A stretch of 64,000 nucleotides of DNA from Gammaproteobacteria bacterium (GTDB lineage: Bacteria; Pseudomonadota; Gammaproteobacteria; GCA-001735895), in assembly GCA_024225395.1 (NCBI GenBank), contig JAAEMR010000105.1:5562-69561 (forward strand). The letters run 5' to 3'. Position 1 is the stretch's first letter. Every line of letters starts with the position of its first letter. Positions 1 through 8,858 of this stretch are shown here, in pieces. Below the pieces are notes generated by a model. The model was not told the DNA's origin. It was given only the letters and a program-made list of their open reading frames with translations, and made no database searches. A program made the translations under genes and the position numbers.

Positions 1-213
1 CATGGGCTGAATGCCAAGTCTTTCCATGTCGAATCGAGATGTCATTGCCGGTGGTAATTCAATTGCGCCACAGCCAGTACAATAGTGCAGCATGAACATG
101 GAACGGGATCGGCAAAAGCTGACCAGTTCATTAAATACATTAGCGAATGGATTGCTACGCTTTGCTACCGGCTTCTGGTTTACTTCAATGTTAGAGAGGT
201 CTGTATTACTCAT
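1..213 (-). CDS. nuoB: NuoB/MbxJ-like Fe-S subunit, 5' part only (runs off the left edge; not in the ORF track)
   Basis: Manual translation from ATG at 213: MSNTDLSNIEVNQKPVAKRSNPFANVFNELVSFCRSRSMFMLHYCTGCGAIELPPAMTSRFDMERLGIQPM. The CTGCGxIExPPxMTSRxDxERxG segment is the NuoB family in its Mbx/MBS variant. Directly follows the NuoH-like gene. Confidence 0.85.
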   Translation of the reverse strand, partial: MSNTDLSNIEVNQKPVAKRSNPFANVFNELVSFCRSRSMFMLHYCTGCGAIELPPAMTSRFDMERLGIQPM

Positions 214-238
214 TAGGTTTTCTCATCGATTGGCTTCA

Positions 239-1147
239 TTAATTCATCACAAATGCGATGCCGATCAGTGCCAGCATGACAGGCCACTTCCATACCAGAC
301 GAACCAGGTCATCGGTGCGATAACGAGGGAACAGGTAAGCGATAACAACGGGAATGGCCAGCACTCCAAAACTCTTCAGCAAGAAGGTGATCCAGTTTTC
401 GCCACCTCCGAGGAATAGTGAAACGTAAAGAACGCTGGCAGTGTAGAGTTGAAAACTTTGCATCACGAACAGTCCACCCAGAAACTTTCCACCCATTTCG
501 ACCATAGGGCCAGTGGCTATTTCTGCTGGTGCGATATAAATTTCAAAAGGTTGTTTGCCGAGCGATGCATGCATCGCAAATAAACCGGCAACAGCAAGTA
601 CTGGCATTTCACTGATACCCCAGGTGCTGAATCCACCGGCTTGCTGGGTAGCGATAATGTCGACCAGATTGGTGCTGCTGAATTGATAAGCAACACCAAA
701 TATAACGATGATAAAAGGAATATCGTAAGCCAGCATAGATGTCAGTGCACGAGAGATACCAATTGAACCATTCGGGTTAGCACATTGGCCAACACCGAGT
801 GCCAGACCAAGGGAAGGCACCATGGTCAGATATGCCAGTGTGATCAATCCACCTTTTGCAGCGATCCCATCCATGCCTGGAACCGGAAGTAAGGCTTCGG
901 CAGCGACGTAACCACCAACGGCCATGATAATGCCAATATCGTGGATCATACCGTGTGATATTTGAGTCTGTTTGCCATACAGTTTAACGATGTCAAACAG
1001 TGGTTGAAACAGGGGGGGGCCGACTCGTCGCTGTAATCTGGCCGCAAGCTTGCGCATCATCAAAACCATGAACAGGCCTATGATAAAAGCCACAATGGGC
1101 ATCAATATGACTTCCATGATGGTAAGTAATGTAACTTGCATTTCCAT
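239..1147 (-). CDS. nuoH: Complex I subunit 1 family (NuoH/MbxM-like) membrane subunit
   Basis: RKLAARLQRRVGPP..QP..D..KL motif, PFEI..A..EI..G...E..G motif, terminal PRYRTD motif; multiple TM segments. Confidence 0.85.
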   Translation of the reverse strand: MEMQVTLLTIMEVILMPIVAFIIGLFMVLMMRKLAARLQRRVGPPLFQPLFDIVKLYGKQTQISHGMIHDIGIIMAVGGYVAAEALLPVPGMDGIAAKGGLITLAYLTMVPSLGLALGVGQCANPNGSIGISRALTSMLAYDIPFIIVIFGVAYQFSSTNLVDIIATQQAGGFSTWGISEMPVLAVAGLFAMHASLGKQPFEIYIAPAEIATGPMVEMGGKFLGGLFVMQSFQLYTASVLYVSLFLGGGENWITFLLKSFGVLAIPVVIAYLFPRYRTDDLVRLVWKWPVMLALIGIAFVMN

Positions 1148-3022
1148 CTAGCCTATAAAAAAATAAAGTGAAAGTGTTGCTGTAATCAATAAAAACAGTG
1201 CCGGATGATAACTGTGGAAAAGGATCTGTGTTAAACCACTTAACAGGCTGACTATTGATATCAGAGACGATTCGAGCCACTTAAATGTACCTCGATACCA
1301 ACCACCTATGTGGTGCATCAGACCGGCATAAAAATTATTACTGTAATGGTAGCGAGTATCTGCTGTGAGGAAATGTCCGCCTGCATAATTATCCAGTTGA
1401 TGTACTCGTTTAGCCTTGTTTCCACCTCCATAAAACAACAGGGCTCCAACACCAAACCCGCCGAACAAAACACCGCATAACCAGATCATATCAAGACTTC
1501 CCCTGGCTGTTTCAACACCACCCAGCGTATATGCCAGTGGCGTAAATCCTAATGCTGCCTGAGCCGAAGCGACCCAGTCGAGTACCAGTCCCGGCATAAA
1601 ACCGGTGATGAAAATAATGGTTGCAACGACTAACATGGGTGCCAGCATGCTCCAGGGGACTTCACGAATATGTTCATGCTCAAGGCGTAACTGGCCCAGA
1701 AAAGTGTTATGAATTAATTTGTAAACTGAAAGAATGGTCCCCAGAGTGCCAATGACGGTGGCAACAAATAGCAAAGGCATGCCTTCTATGATTAACGAGC
1801 GATAAATGAGCCATTTGGATACAAAACCATTCATTGGTGGAATGCCTGCCAGACCAATAATGCCGACCAGTAATACTAGAAAAGTAAGCGGCATACGGTT
1901 AACCAGGCCACCCAGACGGTTCAGATCAGCGGTATGTGTGCGATAGACGACGGCGGTAATGGCAAGAAATAAAGCCGCCTGATTGGTGGCATAATTGAAT
2001 ACATGTAATAAACCACCAGCACTACCAACAGGATCAAGTAGCAATAGCCCCATCATCATATAACCACCCTGACCGATGCCGTGCCAGGCCAGTAAATATC
2101 TTGCATCATTTTGGCGCAATGCGGTATAGGTTGGAAAAATAATGGTAAATGCTGCTACCCACATCAGCAGGTCACGCAAAGATAAAAAGGTAAAAGGAAT
2201 TTCTACGGCTATCATCTTTCCCAGACCGATAAGCTGGAATACAACGATCAGCATGGCATACAACCCCATGCGCGAAGAGATAGCACCAAGAAAAGCAGAA
2301 CCGGGACCAGGTGTTTCTGCATAAGCGCCTGCCTGCCATAAATGAAATGGCAATAAGCCCATTTTGACACCAAAGCCAGCGATGAAAAGCAGGCTGAGCA
2401 CAACGACATGTGTGGTACTGAATGTTGATGCTGCCGCCGCTAGGTCGGCATAGGCGAAAGAACCGGTTAAGTGGTAAATAATACCGATGCCTGCCAGTAT
2501 CGACATTGCGCCAGCCGTTGCATAAACGATATAACGTAATCCCCATTGGGTGGCTATTCCTCCAGCCAGAACCATCAATAACAGACTGGCCCAGCTGACC
2601 AGTTCCCAACCGATAAATAAGGATAGTAAATCGCCACTGGCCAGTAATACCAGCATGGTAAAAACATTGAGCGACATGGCGAACTGTAATAACCCGGGAT
2701 TGCCACCGTGCTTTTTATATTTTTTAGCCCATATTCCTGCTGCGAAAAATGAGCTGGCCATGGCTGCACCGATAGTGATCAGAGCAAAAAACCAGGAAAG
2801 TCCGTCAAAGCGCCAGCTAAGGGGTTGACCAAGAATGGTCAGGTTGACTGCAGACTCGATGACTGTGCCCCCATAACCCAGGCTGCTGATGCTTAATAAA
2901 GCAAGAAACTGAACGGTCAATAAGATAGCAGTAGCCCAGCCGATCAGCTGATGTCGTCGGCCAAGTCCTGAAATCAGGGCGGTTATCAAAGAGATTAGTA
3001 GTAAGGTATCAAGCTGATTCAT
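1148..3022 (-). CDS. Antiporter-like proton-translocating subunit (MbxH'/NuoL-like)
   Basis: Proton_antipo_M motifs (FIGWELVS, GFGVKMGLLPFHLW, GIPPMNGFVSKW); 624 aa, highly hydrophobic. Confidence 0.8.
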   Translation of the reverse strand: MNQLDTLLLISLITALISGLGRRHQLIGWATAILLTVQFLALLSISSLGYGGTVIESAVNLTILGQPLSWRFDGLSWFFALITIGAAMASSFFAAGIWAKKYKKHGGNPGLLQFAMSLNVFTMLVLLASGDLLSLFIGWELVSWASLLLMVLAGGIATQWGLRYIVYATAGAMSILAGIGIIYHLTGSFAYADLAAAASTFSTTHVVVLSLLFIAGFGVKMGLLPFHLWQAGAYAETPGPGSAFLGAISSRMGLYAMLIVVFQLIGLGKMIAVEIPFTFLSLRDLLMWVAAFTIIFPTYTALRQNDARYLLAWHGIGQGGYMMMGLLLLDPVGSAGGLLHVFNYATNQAALFLAITAVVYRTHTADLNRLGGLVNRMPLTFLVLLVGIIGLAGIPPMNGFVSKWLIYRSLIIEGMPLLFVATVIGTLGTILSVYKLIHNTFLGQLRLEHEHIREVPWSMLAPMLVVATIIFITGFMPGLVLDWVASAQAALGFTPLAYTLGGVETARGSLDMIWLCGVLFGGFGVGALLFYGGGNKAKRVHQLDNYAGGHFLTADTRYHYSNNFYAGLMHHIGGWYRGTFKWLESSLISIVSLLSGLTQILFHSYHPALFLLITATLSLYFFIG

Positions 3023-4515
3023 TGAACTTTACTCTGTTGTTTGATGAGGCTGATTTGTTTTCTCACCGGAGTGTGCCTGGCTGCAAATGTGGTGTTAATG
3101 TACAAAGCCCTGTCGCTACTTTCTGCAGCGATATGTTGAAGTTTGTTGCCTAATGGCGCCATGGTAATCAGGGCCGTAATCAGGACAACGGCGAACACCG
3201 AAATAATGGTTAAAGTAAACGGCGTTTGATGTAATTTTTTGACCTGTTTCTTTTTACCTTTGGAATACATCCGGATAGCCGTGTGCATCAGATAATGTGC
3301 TTCAATAACGGTAGCACTTAATAGAACGGCCAGAGCAGTAAGATACAGCGGTGTATTGGCTTCAACCAGACCGGTTACCAGTAATAATTTTGCCCAGAAA
3401 CCGGGGAAAGGAGGCACGCCAATCAGTGACAATGCAAATAACATAAATAAAACAGCCGCTAAAGGTGAACTTTTTGCTGCACCGGCCAGTTTGTTTAACG
3501 ATCCATTCCAGTGTTCAGTGAGCATGAATAAACCGGGTTTAACCACAAGATGATGTAACATCATAGCGATACCTGCGACCATGCCTGCTTCGCCGGGGAT
3601 AGAAAAAGCCACCAGTACCATGCCCAGTTGTCCGATAGATGAAAATGAAAGCATGCGTTTCAGGTCTTTCGAGCGCCAGGCAGACAATTCACCCCAGATG
3701 ATACCGAGCATACCCAGTACCAGTAATAAGGTTAAAGCTTCGGGTCCCTGATAGGCCACTACCAGTAGCCTGACAATAACCAGAACCGCCAGTTTTGAAA
3801 TGAGTCCTGCGAGTAAGGCACTGATACGGGGGCTGGCGGTAGAATAAACTTCTGGAACCCAGCCGTTTACTGGAAAGATTTCAGCTTTGACACCAATTCC
3901 GATAACGATTAGAGCAAATGCCGACAGTCCAGCAGGGTTATTAAGCTGTGAAGCCAGCAAACCTATATGAGCTAAATTGAGTGTGCCGGTCTGGGTGTAT
4001 ATAAGACCGATACCGGTTAAAGCCAAAACCGTGCCCAGTCCACTCATGACCAGGTAACGAAAAGTGGCTGCAAAAGCAGCACCTGTACGATTGGCTGCAG
4101 CGAGTCCAAAGGAAGCAACAGAAAGTAGTTCATAGAAAACGTAGATGTTAAACAGGTCACCGGATAAAGCCAGTCCACTCGCTGAACCGGCCAGCAGTAA
4201 TAACAAAGATTCTTCACGATAGCCTTCTATGTTGGCGTAGGGCCATAGCACTAACATGATTAACGGAATAATGCTGGCCATTAATAATGAAAGATTATCC
4301 AGATGAAATGTTATGCCAAGCGGTGGACGGAACCCACCCAGGGCAATGGCTACAGGATGTTCCAGCATATTAAAGTAAGCCAGTGAGAACCCAAGCATTG
4401 CCAGCAGAACGAAGGGGCCGATAAAGCGAGCCGCTGACTTTGAGCTATTACTTATGATGGGTAGTAGAAATGCAGCGAGCAAAGGTAGCGCGACAGTGAA
4501 AGCAATGTTATTCAT
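3019..4515 (-). CDS. mnhD: MnhD/MrpD-like antiporter subunit (MbxH)
   Basis: GDLFNIYVFYELL, GIGVKAEIFPVNGW, GVPPFPGFWAK motifs; 4-bp overlaps with both neighbours. Confidence 0.8.
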   Translation of the reverse strand: MNNIAFTVALPLLAAFLLPIISNSSKSAARFIGPFVLLAMLGFSLAYFNMLEHPVAIALGGFRPPLGITFHLDNLSLLMASIIPLIMLVLWPYANIEGYREESLLLLLAGSASGLALSGDLFNIYVFYELLSVASFGLAAANRTGAAFAATFRYLVMSGLGTVLALTGIGLIYTQTGTLNLAHIGLLASQLNNPAGLSAFALIVIGIGVKAEIFPVNGWVPEVYSTASPRISALLAGLISKLAVLVIVRLLVVAYQGPEALTLLLVLGMLGIIWGELSAWRSKDLKRMLSFSSIGQLGMVLVAFSIPGEAGMVAGIAMMLHHLVVKPGLFMLTEHWNGSLNKLAGAAKSSPLAAVLFMLFALSLIGVPPFPGFWAKLLLVTGLVEANTPLYLTALAVLLSATVIEAHYLMHTAIRMYSKGKKKQVKKLHQTPFTLTIISVFAVVLITALITMAPLGNKLQHIAAESSDRALYINTTFAARHTPVRKQISLIKQQSKVQ

Positions 4516-4997
4516 TTGTCACCGCCCTGATTTAGCTGAGCAGTTTCATGTTGTGCTGATGGCTCAGGCAGAGGGCGTTCACCCGCAGGTTGCTCGCTGC
4601 TTAACAGAGAAATCACGCCGCTACTGTTGTCGATGTCAGTCGATAGTTGTTGGTGAATTTCACCTATATCGAGAGTTTTGTAGTTTTGATAAACTTTAAC
4701 AACCAACGCCAGCGCCAGAGCCTGAATACCGACACCGATGACAATAGAAGTTAATACCATAGCCTGTGGAACGGGATCGACCATCAACTGGTTAGCTGAT
4801 GATCCAGTTAAAATGGGCGCAATTGCATCGAAGCGATAACCGGCAATCACCAGTAACAGGTTAGCTCCCGCTTCAGCGATGGCCAGAGCCAGGACGATGC
4901 GGAAGATATTGTTCAGTGTAACCACTCCGACAATACCTATAACGATTAAACCCATAGCTCCGCCGTAGAGTAACCAGTGAATCAGGTCTGTAGTCAT
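4512..4997 (-). CDS. mnhC: MnhC/MrpC-like subunit (MbxG)
   Basis: DPVPQAMVLTSIVIG motif; three TM helices. Confidence 0.85.
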   Translation of the reverse strand: MTTDLIHWLLYGGAMGLIVIGIVGVVTLNNIFRIVLALAIAEAGANLLLVIAGYRFDAIAPILTGSSANQLMVDPVPQAMVLTSIVIGVGIQALALALVVKVYQNYKTLDIGEIHQQLSTDIDNSSGVISLLSSEQPAGERPLPEPSAQHETAQLNQGGDK

Positions 4998-5752
4998 GAT
5001 CCGTTACTCTCCGTTTGCATTGATGATGCCTGTAGATCAGTTGATTCCGGCACTATTTCACCAATCTCTGCTAAATTAGCCAGTAAGCCAGAAAGTTCTG
5101 CGCCCACTTTCAAACCAACAGCGGTGTAAAGTAATGGCAATGTACCGGCTGAAACTAGTGACCCCATTTCCCCGTGACCAAAGAAAGGCTGTAGAAAAGC
5201 ATTGCCCTGGAATAACGCGATAATGCCAATTATGATGAATGATGCGCCGGCAAAACCTTCGACCAGAGCAAGACCGCTGTGATTGACCCCGCGTCCGGGT
5301 ACTGCTAGCAGGGGTAGAAAGAAGGCTGCTGCCAGGATAACACCGCCCTGGAAACCACCGCCCGGTGTTAAATGGCCGTGTAGAATAATGTACATACCCA
5401 GGGTGATGAGTAGAGGGAAAAACAAACTGGCACTACTGGCCAGGATAGTGCCGTCATCTCTGATGACTACCTTTTTGCTGGAAGATGTTTTAGCAGATAA
5501 TGAGCTTAAAACCAGTGACGTTGCGGTAGATGCGGTAAAAAGAATGGCAATTTCTCCCAGAGTATCTATACCCCTGTAACCCAGAACCACTGAAGTGACC
5601 AGGTTTGCACTACCGATTTTGTCGGCTCCCTGTTGTAATATTGCTTCACCGATTAACATCGGAGCACCACCAACCACGAATTGCCAGGTGATGACCAGCA
5701 GTAAAAAGGCAAGGCCTGAAGCAAAAACTAAAGCACTGACATTACGCATCAT
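4994..5752 (-). CDS. mnhB: MnhB-like subunit (fused MbhE/MbhF-type; MbxE)
   Basis: NLVTSVVLGYRGIDTLGE (MbhE-like) followed by HGHLTPGGGFQGG (MnhB). Confidence 0.85.
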   Translation of the reverse strand: MMRNVSALVFASGLAFLLLVITWQFVVGGAPMLIGEAILQQGADKIGSANLVTSVVLGYRGIDTLGEIAILFTASTATSLVLSSLSAKTSSSKKVVIRDDGTILASSASLFFPLLITLGMYIILHGHLTPGGGFQGGVILAAAFFLPLLAVPGRGVNHSGLALVEGFAGASFIIIGIIALFQGNAFLQPFFGHGEMGSLVSAGTLPLLYTAVGLKVGAELSGLLANLAEIGEIVPESTDLQASSMQTESNGS

Positions 5753-6008
5753 TTTGCTCCGACGGTTGTTTACCGTGCTTTTTATTAATTCGGAATAAAG
5801 CCAGTGCCAGAATAACAGTGCTTAAACCAGAACCAACTACGGCTTCGGTCATCGCTACATCAGGAGCTTGCAGGATGACGAATAATACCGACAGGGCGAG
5901 TGATACTGCCGATGTGGCTGCAATGGCAGAGACATGGCTCTCTACAAATAAAACGGTGATAGCCCCGGCTAACATTATGATAACCATCAATGCGATAACC
6001 CAGATCAT
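5742..6008 (-). CDS. DUF4040/MbhD-like small membrane subunit (MbxD)
   Basis: APDVAMTEAVVG motif; 88 aa, three TM segments. Confidence 0.8.
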   Translation of the reverse strand: MIWVIALMVIIMLAGAITVLFVESHVSAIAATSAVSLALSVLFVILQAPDVAMTEAVVGSGLSTVILALALFRINKKHGKQPSEQNDA

Positions 6009-6334
6009 GATTTTTCACCAGAGGTGTTTAATGGTTTCTGCTGTCTGGAAGGTTTAACCCAGGGTTTAATACCTGACAGGTACACAGCGCGGGAAAGCAC
6101 AGAAGAGCTGACCGGGCTGGTAAATAATAGAAAGCCGATAATGCAGAGTAACTTTGTCCACCAGTCAGGGTAAAGTAGACCCACGCCTAAAATGATCGCT
6201 ATTGAACCTAATGTTGCCGCCTTGGTGCCTGCTTGAATTCGGTTGTAAATATCGGGCATACGAATCAGCCCCAATGCGCCTAAAAAGCAAAATATTGCCC
6301 CTAGAAGCAGTATGACATCGGCAATAAGTCTCAT
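6005..6334 (-). CDS. mnhG: MnhG/MrpG-like subunit (MbxC)
   Basis: GLIRMPDIYNRIQAGTKAATLG motif. Confidence 0.9.
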   Translation of the reverse strand: MRLIADVILLLGAIFCFLGALGLIRMPDIYNRIQAGTKAATLGSIAIILGVGLLYPDWWTKLLCIIGFLLFTSPVSSSVLSRAVYLSGIKPWVKPSRQQKPLNTSGEKS

Positions 6335-6597
6335 GATTTTCCTCCCTCAATAACTCGGGAGATTGCAATTATTCCGATAAAGGAGATAGCGCCATAAACC
6401 AGTGCTACATCGAGAAAAAGAGCACTATTAAAATAGGCTGCAAATACGGTCAGTCCGGCTGTAATAATGACAGACATGGTGTCAGCACTGATAACCCGGT
6501 CAGGAGCATCAGGTCCGATAATGAGTCGAATGAGACCCAGTAGCAAGGCGGCTCCGATAAAGCCAGCCGCAATTTGTTCCAGCAGGTTAAAGGTCAC
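6331..6597 (-). CDS. mnhF: MnhF/MrpF-like subunit (MbxB)
   Basis: RLIIGPDAPDRVISAD and LDVALVYGAISFIG motifs. Confidence 0.9.
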   Translation of the reverse strand: MTFNLLEQIAAGFIGAALLLGLIRLIIGPDAPDRVISADTMSVIITAGLTVFAAYFNSALFLDVALVYGAISFIGIIAISRVIEGGKS

Positions 6598-7103
6598 TTG
6601 AGGAATCCTGAAATATGTTTTTCGAAGCCGGTGGCTATATCTTTAGTTGCCTGTTCCAGGCTAATACCTTCGGGGGCGGCTATCCAGTGTACTAATATTT
6701 TGTTATGCCTTAACTCGACAGCTAAAGTGCCCGGTGTCAGAGTGATGCTATTCGCCAGCAGCATCTGGCCAAGCCTGGATTCAAGTTTTGTTTCGATTTC
6801 GAGCAGATCAGGACTGATGGGTAAGGAAGGAGAAAGAACCCGTCGAGCCATGTCCAAATTAGCTTTAATCAGTGCAATAAAAAAATAGCCCAGATAGGTA
6901 AGTAATGAAACTATTGCGGTCGGAGTGTATCGAATTCCATCAAAAATATTGATATAGGGAGCAGAGATCATTGAAACCACGGCTGCAACGATGACACCTG
7001 CAATCAGTTCATCCAGCGCCACAGAACCTGTTAATAAAATCCATAGCAACAGCATGGTCGCGAATAGAAAAAGATGGTGATGTAAATTGAGACGGTTAAG
7101 CAT
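6594..7103 (-). CDS. mnhE: MnhE/MrpE-like subunit (MbxA), first gene of the operon
   Basis: ANSITLTPGTL motif, LVHWI, FEKHI. Confidence 0.9.
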   Translation of the reverse strand: MLNRLNLHHHLFLFATMLLLWILLTGSVALDELIAGVIVAAVVSMISAPYINIFDGIRYTPTAIVSLLTYLGYFFIALIKANLDMARRVLSPSLPISPDLLEIETKLESRLGQMLLANSITLTPGTLAVELRHNKILVHWIAAPEGISLEQATKDIATGFEKHISGFLK

Positions 7104-7191
7104 TCAATCAGGTTTTCCAGTAGTGTGGCGAACTAACTATCAATGTATTGTTTAATTGGTGGGTATTATCTATTTTTTTGCATGATTTACT

Positions 7192-7233
7192 ACATTAGAA
7201 TCTGCTAGAGTAGCTTATTATGATATAGGTCAA
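7192..7233 (-). promoter_or_regulatory. Candidate FNR/CRP-family class II promoter of the mbx-like operon
   Basis: TTGAC-CTAT-ATCAT (7233-7220; 8/10 match to TTGAT-N4-ATCAA), centred 29.5 bp upstream of a TAATGT -10 hexamer starting at 7197, i.e. at -41.5. Confidence 0.5.
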
Positions 7234-7385
7234 ATGCGCTATGACAGCGAGTGATTTTGCAGATATAAATCATGCTACAGGATCTAAATAAAGAGTAGGG
7301 ACTTCCCTTGCGGATGCCCTTTGCAATCAGTGCCTGAAACCGATAAAACTTTCGCTTGCAAGATTATTTTTACTATTCATTTAAT

Positions 7386-8666
7386 CTAATCTAACAGGTC
7401 ATCATCTGGTAACTCGAGTAATGGAACTGATTGTAGCGCATTGCCCGCAATACCTTTGATTGACCCGTACATCCCGGTTGTATTCAACAGAACTTTTTCG
7501 ATTTGTTTTTCTCTTTTTTTCCATATTCCCCTCATTGAACGTTGCTCTGACTCAAGGTCTGTTTTCATTTGAGTGAAACCTTCAACGATTGCTTCAATTT
7601 GCAATTTAAATTCATTGCTGGTGAGAAAATCATACAGCATGCCCATTTTGTCTCCCCGATTATCCTGAGCAACAATTGCCGTACTGATTTGAATAATTGA
7701 TTCACGGAGGACGGTGCATAAGCCCTTAAATTCTTCAAATGAACATATCCATATACCATCTTTCATGCCAAGACGTTGCAAATCCTGAGGCATAACCTCG
7801 GTGACCAGGACACCGATATTTGCATTTTTATCGCGGATATCAGCTTTGAATTTTTCTATCCAGTTAGGTTGAAATGCTTTTGTGCGTTTACTTTCATAGT
7901 AAATAGAACCACAGTTCTGATGTGTTCGAGTGTGTACGATTTGCAAACAATCTGCCCCACGCTCACCTTTTTTAATTTCCTGAATAGTGTCTAATGGAAA
8001 TTTATCGGATAACCATTCTTCTATGCCTAGCTCCTGCACTTCTCCCTGAGTTTGCATTGAACCCTGTTCCTGCTTGCGTTTCATTTCTTCCGTTAATTTT
8101 TTCTGATCTTCTAACTGCTTTTCAAGTTCTTTAAATTTAAATTCATTTTTTTCATTTTCCTGCTGTTGAATTTTAGCCTTTTCCCTGGTCAACTTATGAC
8201 TTAACTCTTTTTCAGCTTCTGCTTTAAGTGAATCTGCAAGCTCATTTTTTTCTCTTTTAAGCTTTTCAAGCTCAATGGTTGTTTTATTAAGTAGTTTTAT
8301 TTTTCCTGATTTTTCCTCAAGTTCATCGCGTAGAGAACTGATAGCTTCGGATTGTTCTTCCGCAGCTTCAGCCTTGAATTTTTTCTTCAGGTTGGTTTCT
8401 CTGTCTTTTAGTTCATCTTTAACCTGTTTTTCAATTTCCTGCTGTTGATTTTTCTTTTCCTCAACAAATTTTTCCCGTTCCCTGGTTAATTTCGAAGACT
8501 CGGCTTGATACTTTTCTTTTTCCCTGGATAGCTCATCGTTGTACTGTTTTTTTAATTGCTGATCTACCTGATGGTATAAAATATCATTCACATCTATTTC
8601 TTCACCGCAATTCGGACAATTTATTTTACTTTTTTCTGTGCTCATAATTGTATATAAATTCTTCAT
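7386..8666 (-). CDS. DUF2130 family coiled-coil protein
   Basis: N-terminal CPNC, long K/E-rich coiled coil, GSMQTQGEVQE and YESKRTK motifs. Confidence 0.8.
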   Translation of the reverse strand: MKNLYTIMSTEKSKINCPNCGEEIDVNDILYHQVDQQLKKQYNDELSREKEKYQAESSKLTREREKFVEEKKNQQQEIEKQVKDELKDRETNLKKKFKAEAAEEQSEAISSLRDELEEKSGKIKLLNKTTIELEKLKREKNELADSLKAEAEKELSHKLTREKAKIQQQENEKNEFKFKELEKQLEDQKKLTEEMKRKQEQGSMQTQGEVQELGIEEWLSDKFPLDTIQEIKKGERGADCLQIVHTRTHQNCGSIYYESKRTKAFQPNWIEKFKADIRDKNANIGVLVTEVMPQDLQRLGMKDGIWICSFEEFKGLCTVLRESIIQISTAIVAQDNRGDKMGMLYDFLTSNEFKLQIEAIVEGFTQMKTDLESEQRSMRGIWKKREKQIEKVLLNTTGMYGSIKGIAGNALQSVPLLELPDDDLLD

Positions 8667-8858
8667 TTATTCTGCCAGCTCCGGAAATCTAAAATGGCAG
8701 ATGATGACTGACAGGGGTATTATTTCTCATGTTACAGAATTTAAGCTACAAAAGCTTTTAAGACTGTCCATTCTTGGCGAAAACCGGATAGTCGAGTTCA
8801 TCTAATAGAGTCATAATACTCCTGTATTATATTTTCTAAAATTAATCCTAAACTCGCT

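Noticed and set aside
3019-7103. Stand-alone Mrp Na+/H+ antiporter
   Set aside because: There is no full-length MrpA, and the operon continues directly into NuoH- and NuoB-like genes
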